39,165 nt of DNA from an uncultured Lentisphaerota bacterium. Its GTDB lineage: Bacteria; Verrucomicrobiota; Kiritimatiellia; CAIQIC01. Position 1 is the first letter of the stretch, and the number at the start of each line of letters is the position of its first letter. The notes below the pieces were generated by a model. That model did not search any database. It was not told where the DNA came from and was given only the letters and a program-made list of their open reading frames with translations. Below are positions 1 to 8,588 of this stretch, piece by piece. The translations under genes were made by a program, and so were the position numbers. The stretch covers positions 1-39,165 of the forward strand of contig CAIQIC010000214.1 in the NCBI GenBank assembly GCA_903871765.1, written 5' to 3'.

Positions 1-76
1 GGAGCGGAATCGGTGACGATTCCGGCGCTGAGGAAAGGCCGTCAAATTTCGGAGCGGAATCGGTAACGATTCCGGT
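1..76 (+). repeat. Two GGAG-footed REP-like hairpins (1-26, 51-76), same family as those around the RAYT
   Basis: GGAG-CGGAATCG-GTGA-CGATTCCG-GC and GGAG-CGGAATCG-GTAA-CGATTCCG-GT; the second is identical to the copy at 3502-3527. Confidence 0.9.
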
Positions 77-137
77 GCTTTTGGAAAGATCTCGGAATAA
101 TAGATGATTCGTACTCGTACACGCAGATTTATTCCCT

Positions 138-1712
138 TCACCCCGCGTTGACCTGCTGCAGCCACTTGGCGCGGTAGGTCTGGAGCTTGCCGGCGACGTC
201 GGCCGGGAGCGCTGCGATCTGCCGGTAGGTCACGCCGAGGGTTGCCGTGTCCACTTGGTAGGGATGCACGCCGAGCACGGCCGCCTTGCCGGCGATGGCC
301 GCGCCGAGGGTGGTGGTCTCCGTGACCGCCTGCCCGTGCCGGTCCACCATCGCGTACACCGGCCGGGCCGTCAGCGTCGCCAGCAGCGCGGCGAAGAGCG
401 GATCCTTCGAGCCGCCGGCGGTCAGCACGACCGGCACGCCGGCATCCCTGGAGATGGCGGCGACTTGATGCGCGGTGGCCATGGACGTCAGCAGGTTGCT
501 GGCGATGTAGGCGGTGACGCCGTCGGCGAGAAACGCCGGCTCGTTGACGATCCGGCCCTTGACCGTGGGGAAGGGGCCGGTGCCGGCGTTGGTCGGGGCG
601 ATGTTGGGCAGCACGAAGCAGTGCGCGGCGCCCAGGAACTGGGCGAGCCGCGGGAGATCCCAGCCGCTGTCAAAGCCGTGGCCCTTTTCCTTGGCCAGTT
701 TTTTCAACTGCGCAAAATCCGACCCGCCGCCGTAACGAGCGGTGACGACCGATTCGCCGTCCACGGTGCCCTGGATGATGATGTCGCGCGTGAAGCCGTC
801 GCCCGGCACGTGGGCTGCGCCGCCCATCTGGGCGATCATGGTCCACGTGCCGGCCTCCACCTGCACCACCGGCTTGCCCGCCGCGGCGGGATAGGCCTGG
901 TAGAACGTCGAGAGGATCGGCAGATGCGAGAGGCAGGTGTCGTGTCCGCCCGGAATCACCAGCGGCTGGGTGGACAGTTTCAGGTGCGCGGCTTGCGCGG
1001 CCGGCATGGCGCCCAGTGCTTTGTAGCAGACGGACGGCGTCGCGGGCACCAGCTTGCGGAAGGACGCCACCAAGCCGGCGGCGCGGCTGGGCATGCCGGG
1101 CCGGGCGCGCACGTCGCGGGCGCCGGTGTGGCACATCCAATAGCTGTGCTCGTTGCCGGCCTGGCGGATGGCGGCGAGGTAGTCGTCACCGAGGTAATGT
1201 CCGCCCATCAGCGCGCCATACTGGCCGAAGCCCGCCGCCCGGGCCAGCAGTTGCGGCCGGACCATTTCCTCGAACACCAGCCGCTTGAGAAGCGTCAGGG
1301 ATCCGGGGAAATCGCGGATGGAGCCCGTCTCTTTGAAAAAGTCTTCCTTGGTGCCGGCCAGTTCCTGGAAGCGCGCGTTCACGGCCTCGGGATAGCCCTG
1401 GGTGTAGGTCAGCGTCAGCCGCCGGCCGGGGACTTCGCACAGCGTGTTGTCCGCGCCCACCAGGCCGCCCGAGGCGCCGCGCGCCACCGGGGCCACCACC
1501 GCCGCCGCGCGGGCGGCCGCCGGCAGGGCCTGGATGGAGCGGTCGAACCAGTCGAATTCATCGCCCGTCGCGTTGCAGGCCAGTCCGTCGTGCTGGGCGG
1601 ACGGGCTCTCGGTGACGGCGGAATGCACCGTCGCCAGCGTGTCGAAGTCCAGCGCCTCCAGTTTGATGTTCGAGGCGCCGTCCACGGGAACCAGGATCGT
1701 CTTGCCGCTCAT
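138..1712 (-). CDS. FGGY-family carbohydrate kinase (rhamnulokinase/fuculokinase-like)
   Basis: 524-aa ORF; ASKHA/FGGY motifs VDGASNIK, GGHDT, EAGTW, TAGGSK, ETTTLGAA; RBS AAAGGA upstream. Confidence 0.75.
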   Translation of the reverse strand: MSGKTILVPVDGASNIKLEALDFDTLATVHSAVTESPSAQHDGLACNATGDEFDWFDRSIQALPAAARAAAVVAPVARGASGGLVGADNTLCEVPGRRLTLTYTQGYPEAVNARFQELAGTKEDFFKETGSIRDFPGSLTLLKRLVFEEMVRPQLLARAAGFGQYGALMGGHYLGDDYLAAIRQAGNEHSYWMCHTGARDVRARPGMPSRAAGLVASFRKLVPATPSVCYKALGAMPAAQAAHLKLSTQPLVIPGGHDTCLSHLPILSTFYQAYPAAAGKPVVQVEAGTWTMIAQMGGAAHVPGDGFTRDIIIQGTVDGESVVTARYGGGSDFAQLKKLAKEKGHGFDSGWDLPRLAQFLGAAHCFVLPNIAPTNAGTGPFPTVKGRIVNEPAFLADGVTAYIASNLLTSMATAHQVAAISRDAGVPVVLTAGGSKDPLFAALLATLTARPVYAMVDRHGQAVTETTTLGAAIAGKAAVLGVHPYQVDTATLGVTYRQIAALPADVAGKLQTYRAKWLQQVNAG

Positions 1713-1899
1713 GGTGTCATCCTTTGCTGATGGGGCCGCCCGCCCGCCACGCGCCGGGCGCAGCCGCTGGCGGCGATGCTGCCAAACGTATCAAACCTCT
1801 AGCCTGCCCCGGCGGAGAACTCAACTCTTTTCCTGCCCTTTCTCTTCTTCGGTTGCGGCTATGCCGCGTGAGGACTTTGCGTTTACCTCTTCATCCGGA

Positions 1900-1929
1900 A
1901 ATCTGTACAATCTGCGTAATCTGTGGATA
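1900..1929 (-). repeat. 9-bp-period CAGATT repeat (3 units); near-identical copy at 38867-38896
   Basis: Reverse complement TATCCA-CAGATT-ACG-CAGATT-GTA-CAGATT; 28/30 identical to 38867-38896. Confidence 0.85.
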
Positions 1930-2092
1930 CACCTTCTGCCTCTTGAATGCCGCCCCGTTATCTTCTTCCGTGGCCTTCGTGGCCTTGATCCATACGGCCG
2001 CAGGAAACAGGGAAAATCCGGGTTGAAGCGGGTATTTGACCGCCGCGGCGATTTTCGTTACAAGCTTCTGAAAAACGGCCAGGAGAACAACC

Positions 2093-3262
2093 ATGTCCAG
2101 GAAAGAAACCATGACCTCCCGCGAGCGCGTGTTGAAGGCGCTCAACCACGAGATCCCGGACCGCGTGCCGCTGGACCTCGGCGGCAACCAGACGGGCATC
2201 CACAAGAACGCCTACCGCAGCCTGATCAAGCACCTCGGCTTGGCGGAGGAGGTGCAGATCATGGACGCCGTCCAACAACTGGCCCAGCCCTCCGAGAAGG
2301 TGCTGGAGCGCTTCCACGTGGACACGCGTTATATCGCCGCCGGTGCGGCCGGGGACTGGAAGGGCGGCATCGTCCAGGCCGTGCGGAACGGCCGTAAGTG
2401 GCACGATCTGACCGACGAGTTTGGCATCCGCTGGTCCATGCCTGACGACCAGATGCTCTACATGGACATCACCCTGCACCCGCTGGCCAACGCCACGCTC
2501 AAGGACCTCAAGGATTATCCCTGGCCCAAGGGCGACGATCCCGGCCGCTTCGCCGGCCTGCGCGCGCGCGCGCTGCAGCTCCGGAAGGAAACGCCCTATG
2601 CCGTCATCAGCGGCATCTCGGGCGTGGTCTACGAAATCTGCTGGTACCTGCGCGGCCTGGAGCAGTGGTTCTGCGACCTGATGACCGAGCCGCAGTTCTG
2701 TGAGGCGATGCTGGACCAGACCCTCAAGTTCTGGATGGACTGGTTCCGCGCCTTCCTCGACGAGGTGGGCGACGTGGTGGACGTGATCATGATCGGTGAC
2801 GACCTCGCCGGCCAGGATGGCCCGCTGTTCAATCCGACGCTGTACCGGAGCATCGTCAAACCGCGGCACAAGCAACTGGTCCAGTACATCCGCTCGCGGA
2901 CCAAGGCGAAAATCTGGTATCACACCTGCGGCGGCTGCCTGGAATACATCCCCGACCTGCTCGACAACGGCATTGACATCCTCAACCCGGTCCAGGTCAG
3001 CGCCCGCCACATGGAACCGGCCATGCTGAAGCAGCGCTTCGGCAAGCAGTTGGTCTTCTGGGGCGGCGGCTGCGACGCGCAGCACATCCTGCCGCGCGGG
3101 ACGCCGGCGCAGGTTGCCGCAAACGTCCGGCAGAACATGGCCGCGCTCAAGCCCGGCGGCGGCTACGTCTTCAACAACGTCCACAACATCCAGGGCGAGG
3201 TCCCGGCGGAGAACGTGCTCGCCCTCTACGACACCGCCTACGAGTTCGGCTGGTATTCCTGA
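2093..3262 (+). CDS. Uroporphyrinogen decarboxylase / MtaA-CmuA-like family protein
   Basis: 389 aa; N-terminal SRERVLKALNHEIPDRVP, GDDLAGQ, YHTCG, NPVQ, FWGGGCD, GGGYVFNNVHNIQ are typical of the URO-D-like family; RBS AGGAG. Confidence 0.85.
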   Translation: MSRKETMTSRERVLKALNHEIPDRVPLDLGGNQTGIHKNAYRSLIKHLGLAEEVQIMDAVQQLAQPSEKVLERFHVDTRYIAAGAAGDWKGGIVQAVRNGRKWHDLTDEFGIRWSMPDDQMLYMDITLHPLANATLKDLKDYPWPKGDDPGRFAGLRARALQLRKETPYAVISGISGVVYEICWYLRGLEQWFCDLMTEPQFCEAMLDQTLKFWMDWFRAFLDEVGDVVDVIMIGDDLAGQDGPLFNPTLYRSIVKPRHKQLVQYIRSRTKAKIWYHTCGGCLEYIPDLLDNGIDILNPVQVSARHMEPAMLKQRFGKQLVFWGGGCDAQHILPRGTPAQVAANVRQNMAALKPGGGYVFNNVHNIQGEVPAENVLALYDTAYEFGWYS

Positions 3263-3267
3263 CGGGC

Positions 3268-3527
3268 GGAGCGGAACGTGTAAACATTCCGGTTGGAGCG
3301 GAATCGGCTTGCCCTGCGAAGCTGTAGCGAAGCAGGGTGACGATTCCGGTGGATTGTGGGCAAATCGTAGGTGAGCTTCGGAGCGGCGTCGGTAACGACT
3401 CCGGTTGGAGGAAAACACCAGAATGCTTACGCATTCCGCTCCGAGGAATGTTCGGAGCGGAGATGCCGGAATGTTTACACATTCCGCTCCGGGGCTGAGG
3501 CGGAGCGGAATCGGTAACGATTCCGGT
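3268..3527. repeat. Left REP cluster of the RAYT: six hairpins at 3268-3293(+), 3295-3350(+, interrupted), 3380-3405(+), 3417-3442(-), 3465-3490(-), 3502-3527(+)
   Basis: Consensus GGAG-CGGAAT-NN-GTRA-N'N'-ATTCCG-GY read directly in both orientations. Confidence 0.92.
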
Positions 3528-3547
3528 GCCCATCGAAAGACGACGGC

Positions 3548-4225
3548 ATGGAACATGATCGGGAAGAGCTCCCCCGCGGTCGCATGAAGCGGCGACCGCC
3601 CGAGTTCTACCGCGGCCAGTCCTTCGTGCATTGGAGCATGACCATTGCTGGCCGGCGCAGCGGCTGGCTGACCGACGCCTTTCATGCCAGTTTCCGGGAG
3701 ATCCATCTCCACGCGCTGAGCCGTCACGACCTGTTCTGCCCGGTGTACTGCCTCATGCCGGATCATCTGCACCTGTTGTGGCTGGGGCTGGGGCCCGCCA
3801 GCGATCAGGATAAGGCGGCGGCATTTTTCCGGCGGCATGTGAATGCGGCCCTCAAGTCGGTCGGGGGCGAGTTCCAGAAGCAGCCGTGGGACGTCGTGTT
3901 GGGCGAGAAGGATCGCGAGCGCGGCGCGGTGCTGAAGACCGTATTCTATATTGCGGAGAATCCCGTCCGCGCCGGGCTGGTGCGCGAGGCGCGGGCCTGG
4001 CCGTTTTCCGGGTCGCAGGCGGCGGGCTATCCGCAGTTCGATTGGCGGGAGCCGGATTATGGCGAGAAAGTTTGGAAGATTTACGAGGCGGAGGTTTGTC
4101 GCCGGTCGCCGCACGAGCACGCAGTGGAATTTGTGAAGATTCCCGGTAGGATCGGAGCGGAATCGGTCCCGCCGAAGGCGGATCCGCCTCTGGCGGAGAC
4201 GATTCCGGCGCCCGCGGGCGGGTGA
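3548..4225 (+). mobile_element. REP-associated tyrosine transposase (RAYT; IS200/Y1 HUH superfamily)
   Basis: HUH motif YCLMPDHLHLL, catalytic-Tyr motif YIAENPVRAGLV followed by WPFS; flanked on both sides by REP hairpins; alternative start at 3584. Confidence 0.9.
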
Positions 4226-4426
4226 TGTCACGGGGAAGCACCGGAACGCTGACGCGTTCCGCTCCAAAGCGATCATGGAGCGGAACCGGTGATGGTTCCG
4301 GCGGATTGCGGGCAAAGCGTGATCGAATTTCGGAGCGGAATCGGTTACGATGCCGATGTTGTTGAGTAGAGGATGGCCTGCGGAACGGTTCAGTAGAGGC
4401 GCCGGAATGTTTACACATTCCGCTCC
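4154..4426. repeat. Right REP cluster: 4154-4209(+, interrupted), 4240-4265(-), 4277-4302(+), 4332-4357(+, degenerate), 4401-4426(-)
   Basis: Same consensus as the left cluster; 4401-4426 is identical to 3465-3490. Confidence 0.9.
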
Positions 4427-4463
4427 GGGGTGGTGGTGGAATGGAATCGGCACTGCAAAAGTA

Positions 4464-5906
4464 ATGTTCATGAAGACGTTGCTGAAAGTGCTGCTGTGGC
4501 TGGTGGGCGGGTTGGTTGCGCTGGTGGTGCTGTTCTACGCCGAGGAATACGTCCGCGGCCGCTATCTGTGGGAACGGCACCTGCGCGAACTCGCTGCTAA
4601 AGGTGACACCCTGGACATCCGGAAGATTGTCCCGCCGCCAGTTTCCGACGACCAGAATATGGCCGCCGCGCCGATCTTCGCGGAACTGTTCACCACCAAT
4701 CGCTCCGATAAAACCCGACTGGGGCAAGTCAAGCTGCCCGACGTAAAAGCGCAGGCTGGTGGAGGCTGGCTGGGCGGTCAAAAGCTGGATCTGAGTCCGT
4801 GGCGGGCGGCCTTCTCGAACGACAACCTCCTGGCCGCCCTGGCGATCTACGCGCCCGTCCTTCAGGAGATGGAAGCCGCCGCGCAGCGGCCGCAAGCCCG
4901 CTTCAATGTCCGCTATGAAGATGGTCCGGGTGCCTTTTTCCCGCATATCGGTTCCCTGCTCAAGCTGGCCAAAGTGTATCGCATCAAGGCGCTGGCCGAA
5001 CTGGCGGCGGGACACGCCGATGCAGCGCTGGGAGACGTCCGCCTGACGCTCCGGCTGGCCAAAGCCATGGAAGATGAACCCTCGCTGATATCCATCCTGG
5101 TGCGTGCCTCCATGATGCAACTGGTCATCCAACCGGTTTGGGAAGGACTGGCCGACCATCGCTGGAAGGTGGAGCAACTTGAGTCGCTCCAACAGGACTT
5201 TACCGCCATCAATCTTGTGAAACACATGGAACTGGCGCTGCATGGCGAGCGGTGCGGAGTCACGTGGATTTTGGAGCAGTTGCTGAATAATCCTGGCCTC
5301 GCGCTGGGTGAAATATCACGCTTGGATGGTGAACAAAGTGAACCGTCGCTGGCTGCTTATATAATCCCAAAAGGCTTGTTCTATATCAACTGCCTCAACA
5401 CTGACGTTAGCTACCAGAAATACATCATGCCGAGTTTGGACAGCCGGGTGATGCGCATATACCCTGAACGCTTTGATGCCTATGAAGCTGTGCTGGAGGA
5501 TTACAAAAGTCATCCGCTGACCGTACTCTACCATGTCATGGAGGCGATGCTTCTTCCGGCCATCAATAATGCTGAAATGAAAATCGGCATGGCGCAAAGC
5601 ACCGCACAATGCGCCGCGACGGCGTGCGCCCTGGAGCGTTACCGACTGGCGCGCGGCCGCTATCCGGACACGCTCGCGGCGCTGGTGCCGCAGTATCTCG
5701 CGGCGGTGCCCGGCGATGTGATGGACGGCCAGCCGTTGCGCTATCGCCTAGAGGGGGATGGCTTCGTCCTGTATTCCATCGGCTGGAATATGAAGGACGA
5801 CGGCGGGCAGGTGGCGTGGACCAAGCCGTCGTCCGAGGGCGACAAGCCGCGGCTGGACGACAAAGCCGGCGACTGGGTCTGGCGCTCGCAGCCGGCGGCG
5901 CTGTGA
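4464..5906 (+). CDS. Membrane-anchored hypothetical protein with a C-terminal pseudopilin/GspG-like motif
   Basis: N-terminal TM (LLKVLLWLVGGLVALVVLFY); C-terminal ALERYRLARGRYPDTLAALVP..DVMDGQPLRY..LYSIGWNMKDDGG. The ORF-track start 4350 lies inside REPs, so the ATG at 4464 or 4470 is preferred. Confidence 0.75.
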   Translation: MFMKTLLKVLLWLVGGLVALVVLFYAEEYVRGRYLWERHLRELAAKGDTLDIRKIVPPPVSDDQNMAAAPIFAELFTTNRSDKTRLGQVKLPDVKAQAGGGWLGGQKLDLSPWRAAFSNDNLLAALAIYAPVLQEMEAAAQRPQARFNVRYEDGPGAFFPHIGSLLKLAKVYRIKALAELAAGHADAALGDVRLTLRLAKAMEDEPSLISILVRASMMQLVIQPVWEGLADHRWKVEQLESLQQDFTAINLVKHMELALHGERCGVTWILEQLLNNPGLALGEISRLDGEQSEPSLAAYIIPKGLFYINCLNTDVSYQKYIMPSLDSRVMRIYPERFDAYEAVLEDYKSHPLTVLYHVMEAMLLPAINNAEMKIGMAQSTAQCAATACALERYRLARGRYPDTLAALVPQYLAAVPGDVMDGQPLRYRLEGDGFVLYSIGWNMKDDGGQVAWTKPSSEGDKPRLDDKAGDWVWRSQPAAL

Positions 5907-5926
5907 TGACGGGTAGCGATCCGGTT

Positions 5927-5949
5927 GTAGGCCGGGTCTCCGACCCGGC
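5927..5949 (+). repeat. GTAG-footed REP hairpin
   Basis: GTAG-GCCGGGTC-TCC-GACCCGGC, about 20 bp after a stop codon. Confidence 0.75.
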
Positions 5950-6037
5950 GTTCCGGTGCGCCGTTTTCTATTGAGATGGCGGGCGGGATGGGCTAAAAGA
6001 ATCCTGATTTTGCGGGAAGACGTGAGGAGTACGGGGT

Positions 6038-6958
6038 ATGAAACGAAAATGGCTGATGCTGTGGGCGGCGGGTTTGGTGTTGTCGGCCGTTGCCCAGGAG
6101 CCCGCGCCGGGGACGACTCCGGTGCGAGTCCGCGGCTCACGGGTCAATCTCCGCGCCAAGCCCGCTAAGGATGCCGAGCCGTTGGGGCAGGTGACGGACG
6201 GCACGGTGCTGACGGCCAAATCCTTCCGCGACGACTGGGTGGAAATCGTGCCGCCGGATCAAGTGTCGCTGTGGGTGCACAAGGATTTCATCAAAGACCA
6301 GGCGGTTTCGGCGGAGAAGTTGTACGTCCGCACAGGCCCCAACATCAATCATGCCATGGTCGGCACAATGCTGCGCGGCGAACGCCTGATCGTGCGCGGG
6401 CAAGCGCAGGACTGGGTCCGCATCGCACCGCCGCCCTCGGCGTCACTCTGGGTCAGCCGCGCGCTGGTGGAGGTTTTGCCGGGGGAGAAACAGCCGCCGC
6501 TGGCCGCCGACAAGGCTCCGCCGTCCCCGGCGATCGCCGCGCCTGCGCCCGTGCCAACGCCTGTACCAGCACCAGTGCCTGTGCCCGTGGCGCCGGCTGT
6601 TACGGCCCTGACGGCAGCGGTCGGCACGCCGGTGGTGACGACCGTGGAAACAACGGCGACCAACGAAGTCGTGCCGCGCGATTTGAACCTGGTGCCGCTG
6701 GCGGGGCAGGGCCGGGTCACCCAGCGCGAGGGTGTCCTGCGGCTGGTGGGCTTCGGTTTTCATCATCCCAGCCGGTACCGGCTGGTTAAGCTGGATGGCC
6801 GGCACATCGAGACCCTTTGCTATGTGCGGGGCAATTCCAGCCAATTGAGCGCGTTGCTGGACCAGTCGCTGCTGATTCGCGGGCGCGAGTACTGGGTGAG
6901 CGGGTCGGAATACTCCTTGTTGATTCCGGATCGCATCACGCCGCGCGCCGGCCCCTGA
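6038..6958 (+). CDS. Secreted tandem SH3b-domain protein
   Basis: Signal peptide; two SH3b-like repeats (VNLRAKP..DWVEI..LWVH; LYVRTGP..DWVRI..LWVS); Pro/Ala/Val-rich linker. Confidence 0.8.
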   Translation: MKRKWLMLWAAGLVLSAVAQEPAPGTTPVRVRGSRVNLRAKPAKDAEPLGQVTDGTVLTAKSFRDDWVEIVPPDQVSLWVHKDFIKDQAVSAEKLYVRTGPNINHAMVGTMLRGERLIVRGQAQDWVRIAPPPSASLWVSRALVEVLPGEKQPPLAADKAPPSPAIAAPAPVPTPVPAPVPVPVAPAVTALTAAVGTPVVTTVETTATNEVVPRDLNLVPLAGQGRVTQREGVLRLVGFGFHHPSRYRLVKLDGRHIETLCYVRGNSSQLSALLDQSLLIRGREYWVSGSEYSLLIPDRITPRAGP

Positions 6959-6971
6959 GGCGCTGCGCGTC

Positions 6972-8588
6972 ATGATCCCGGCCTTTCTCCACCAGCGCCT
7001 GCTGCAGTTGGTGCGCTGGGTGATTCCACTGGTGCTGTTCTTTGTCGCCCTCGCGGTCACCGTGGTGTGGGACAAGCGGAATGGGACGCCCGTGAGCGGC
7101 CGGAGCGACGAAGCGTGCAGCCATCTGGCGCTCGCCCGGCAGGTGGCCGAAGGCCAGGCCCTGGCGACAGGCGCCGGCGGGCGGGTTCTGCTGATGCGCG
7201 ATGGCCTCTGGCGGCTGGCCTTGGCGGGCGCCACGGTCATCAGCCGCAATCCCGTCACGGCCAGCTACCTGATCGGCGCCCTGTGCGGCATGATTACCCT
7301 GCTGGCCGGGATGCGATTGGCCGCGCGCCTCCTGCCAGTGGCGGCCTCCCGCTGGCTGCTGGCCGGTGGTCTGCTGCTGTCCCCCGGCTGGCTGATGGGT
7401 TTGATTGAAGGCACGGCCCTGCCGCTCGCCTCAGCCCTCGTCATGCTGGCGTGCCTGCAACAGGTCGAGGATGTCGAAAATGAGCGGGAGGTCTTCTCCC
7501 CCTGGCTGTTGCTGCTGGGCGGCCTGGCGCTGTATGTGCGGATCGAGCTGGGTTGGCTGTGGGTTATTTTCGCCGTCCATCATCTGATATTGTCGCTGCT
7601 GGATTCCGAACGCCCGGCCAGCCTGACCTTGATCCTGGTCCGCTTGTTAACCACGTTGTTGATCTTTGCGCTGCTGTTGTTGCCCATGGCCGCGTGGCAC
7701 TGGACCCTGGTGGGGGTGCCTTTCCCCCTGGCGTCCGAGGCCGTGCCCTTGGCGGATCGCAACCTGGCCAGCCAGTTGCCGGTGCTCTATGCCCTCATCG
7801 CAGCCTATGCGGCGTGGTTACACACGCCCTTCTGGAGTGTCTGGCCGCTACGGATTTGCGCGTTGATTGGCGCGGCGGGCCTGGTGACACAAGCGGTGCG
7901 TCGGCGGGAGATGCGCGCCTCCGCCCTGCCGCCCCTGCTGTGCCTGCTGCTGCCGGCGTTGTGCGCGCTGGGCATGCCCTACACGGGGGCCAGCACGGCC
8001 CGGCTGCTGTTCCGGGCAGTCGATCCGCTAGCGGTGTTGTTGGCCGTCGCGGCGGTGTGCCAGTTGCCCGACTGGCTGAATGCCGTGCTTCGCTATCGCT
8101 ATCTCGTTCTGCCGCAGAAATGGTTTATGCGGGTGCGCGTCGCGGCGGGCCTGGTGCTGGCAGCATCGGCCGTGTACGGCAGCCGGCAATGGAATCGCGG
8201 CTGGTTGGCCCAGGTGCGCGAACGCCAGGCGATCCACGGGACCCTGCAGCGCCTCTTCCAGACGGGCCGTCCCGCCACGCCGCCGCCGGTGGTGCTCACC
8301 GATCAGCCGGGATGGATTCTGTGGGAAACGGGCGTCCGGGCGCTGGATTTGAACGGCGATCTGACGCCCCGCTTCCTGCACTGCCGCGACCGGCAGGGGC
8401 GCCTGGATGCCGGCCGGCTGCAGGCCCTGCTGCGCGAAAGTCCGGCTCAGTATCTCCTGCTCTGGCACCTGAATTTCGAAGGCAAGGGGCAGAATTCCCT
8501 GCCGCTGCGGCGGCTGCACTTCCCCGGCGACTACGTTTCGATCCTTCCGCCGCGCCTTTATGCGTTCAGGGATTCCGCCGGCGAGTAG
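6972..8588 (+). CDS. Polytopic membrane protein, possibly GT-C-fold glycosyltransferase-like
   Basis: More than 10 hydrophobic segments; SDE..LARQVAEG after TM1 and TDQPGW..LDLNGDLTP resemble GT-C (ArnT/AftD-like) motifs. Confidence 0.55.
   Translation: MIPAFLHQRLLQLVRWVIPLVLFFVALAVTVVWDKRNGTPVSGRSDEACSHLALARQVAEGQALATGAGGRVLLMRDGLWRLALAGATVISRNPVTASYLIGALCGMITLLAGMRLAARLLPVAASRWLLAGGLLLSPGWLMGLIEGTALPLASALVMLACLQQVEDVENEREVFSPWLLLLGGLALYVRIELGWLWVIFAVHHLILSLLDSERPASLTLILVRLLTTLLIFALLLLPMAAWHWTLVGVPFPLASEAVPLADRNLASQLPVLYALIAAYAAWLHTPFWSVWPLRICALIGAAGLVTQAVRRREMRASALPPLLCLLLPALCALGMPYTGASTARLLFRAVDPLAVLLAVAAVCQLPDWLNAVLRYRYLVLPQKWFMRVRVAAGLVLAASAVYGSRQWNRGWLAQVRERQAIHGTLQRLFQTGRPATPPPVVLTDQPGWILWETGVRALDLNGDLTPRFLHCRDRQGRLDAGRLQALLRESPAQYLLLWHLNFEGKGQNSLPLRRLHFPGDYVSILPPRLYAFRDSAGE

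Noticed and set aside
3268-3527. CRISPR array
   Set aside because: Repeats occur in both orientations, spacing is irregular (1-29 bp), spacers resemble each other, no cas genes are present, and a RAYT is adjacent
4350-4463. N-terminal extensions given by the ORF track (also 9037-9444, 17751-18275, 22554-22898, 24861-25028, 31861-31938)
   Set aside because: They overlap repeats or neighbouring genes; downstream starts have better RBS or signal-peptide context
1958-4471. 837-aa minus-strand ORF
   Set aside because: Antisense shadow of the UroD-like gene and RAYT, translating through REP repeats; no recognisable motifs
6520-6600. Tandem repeat in the SH3 gene
   Set aside because: Pro-Ala/Pro-Val linker with varied codons; protein-level low complexity only
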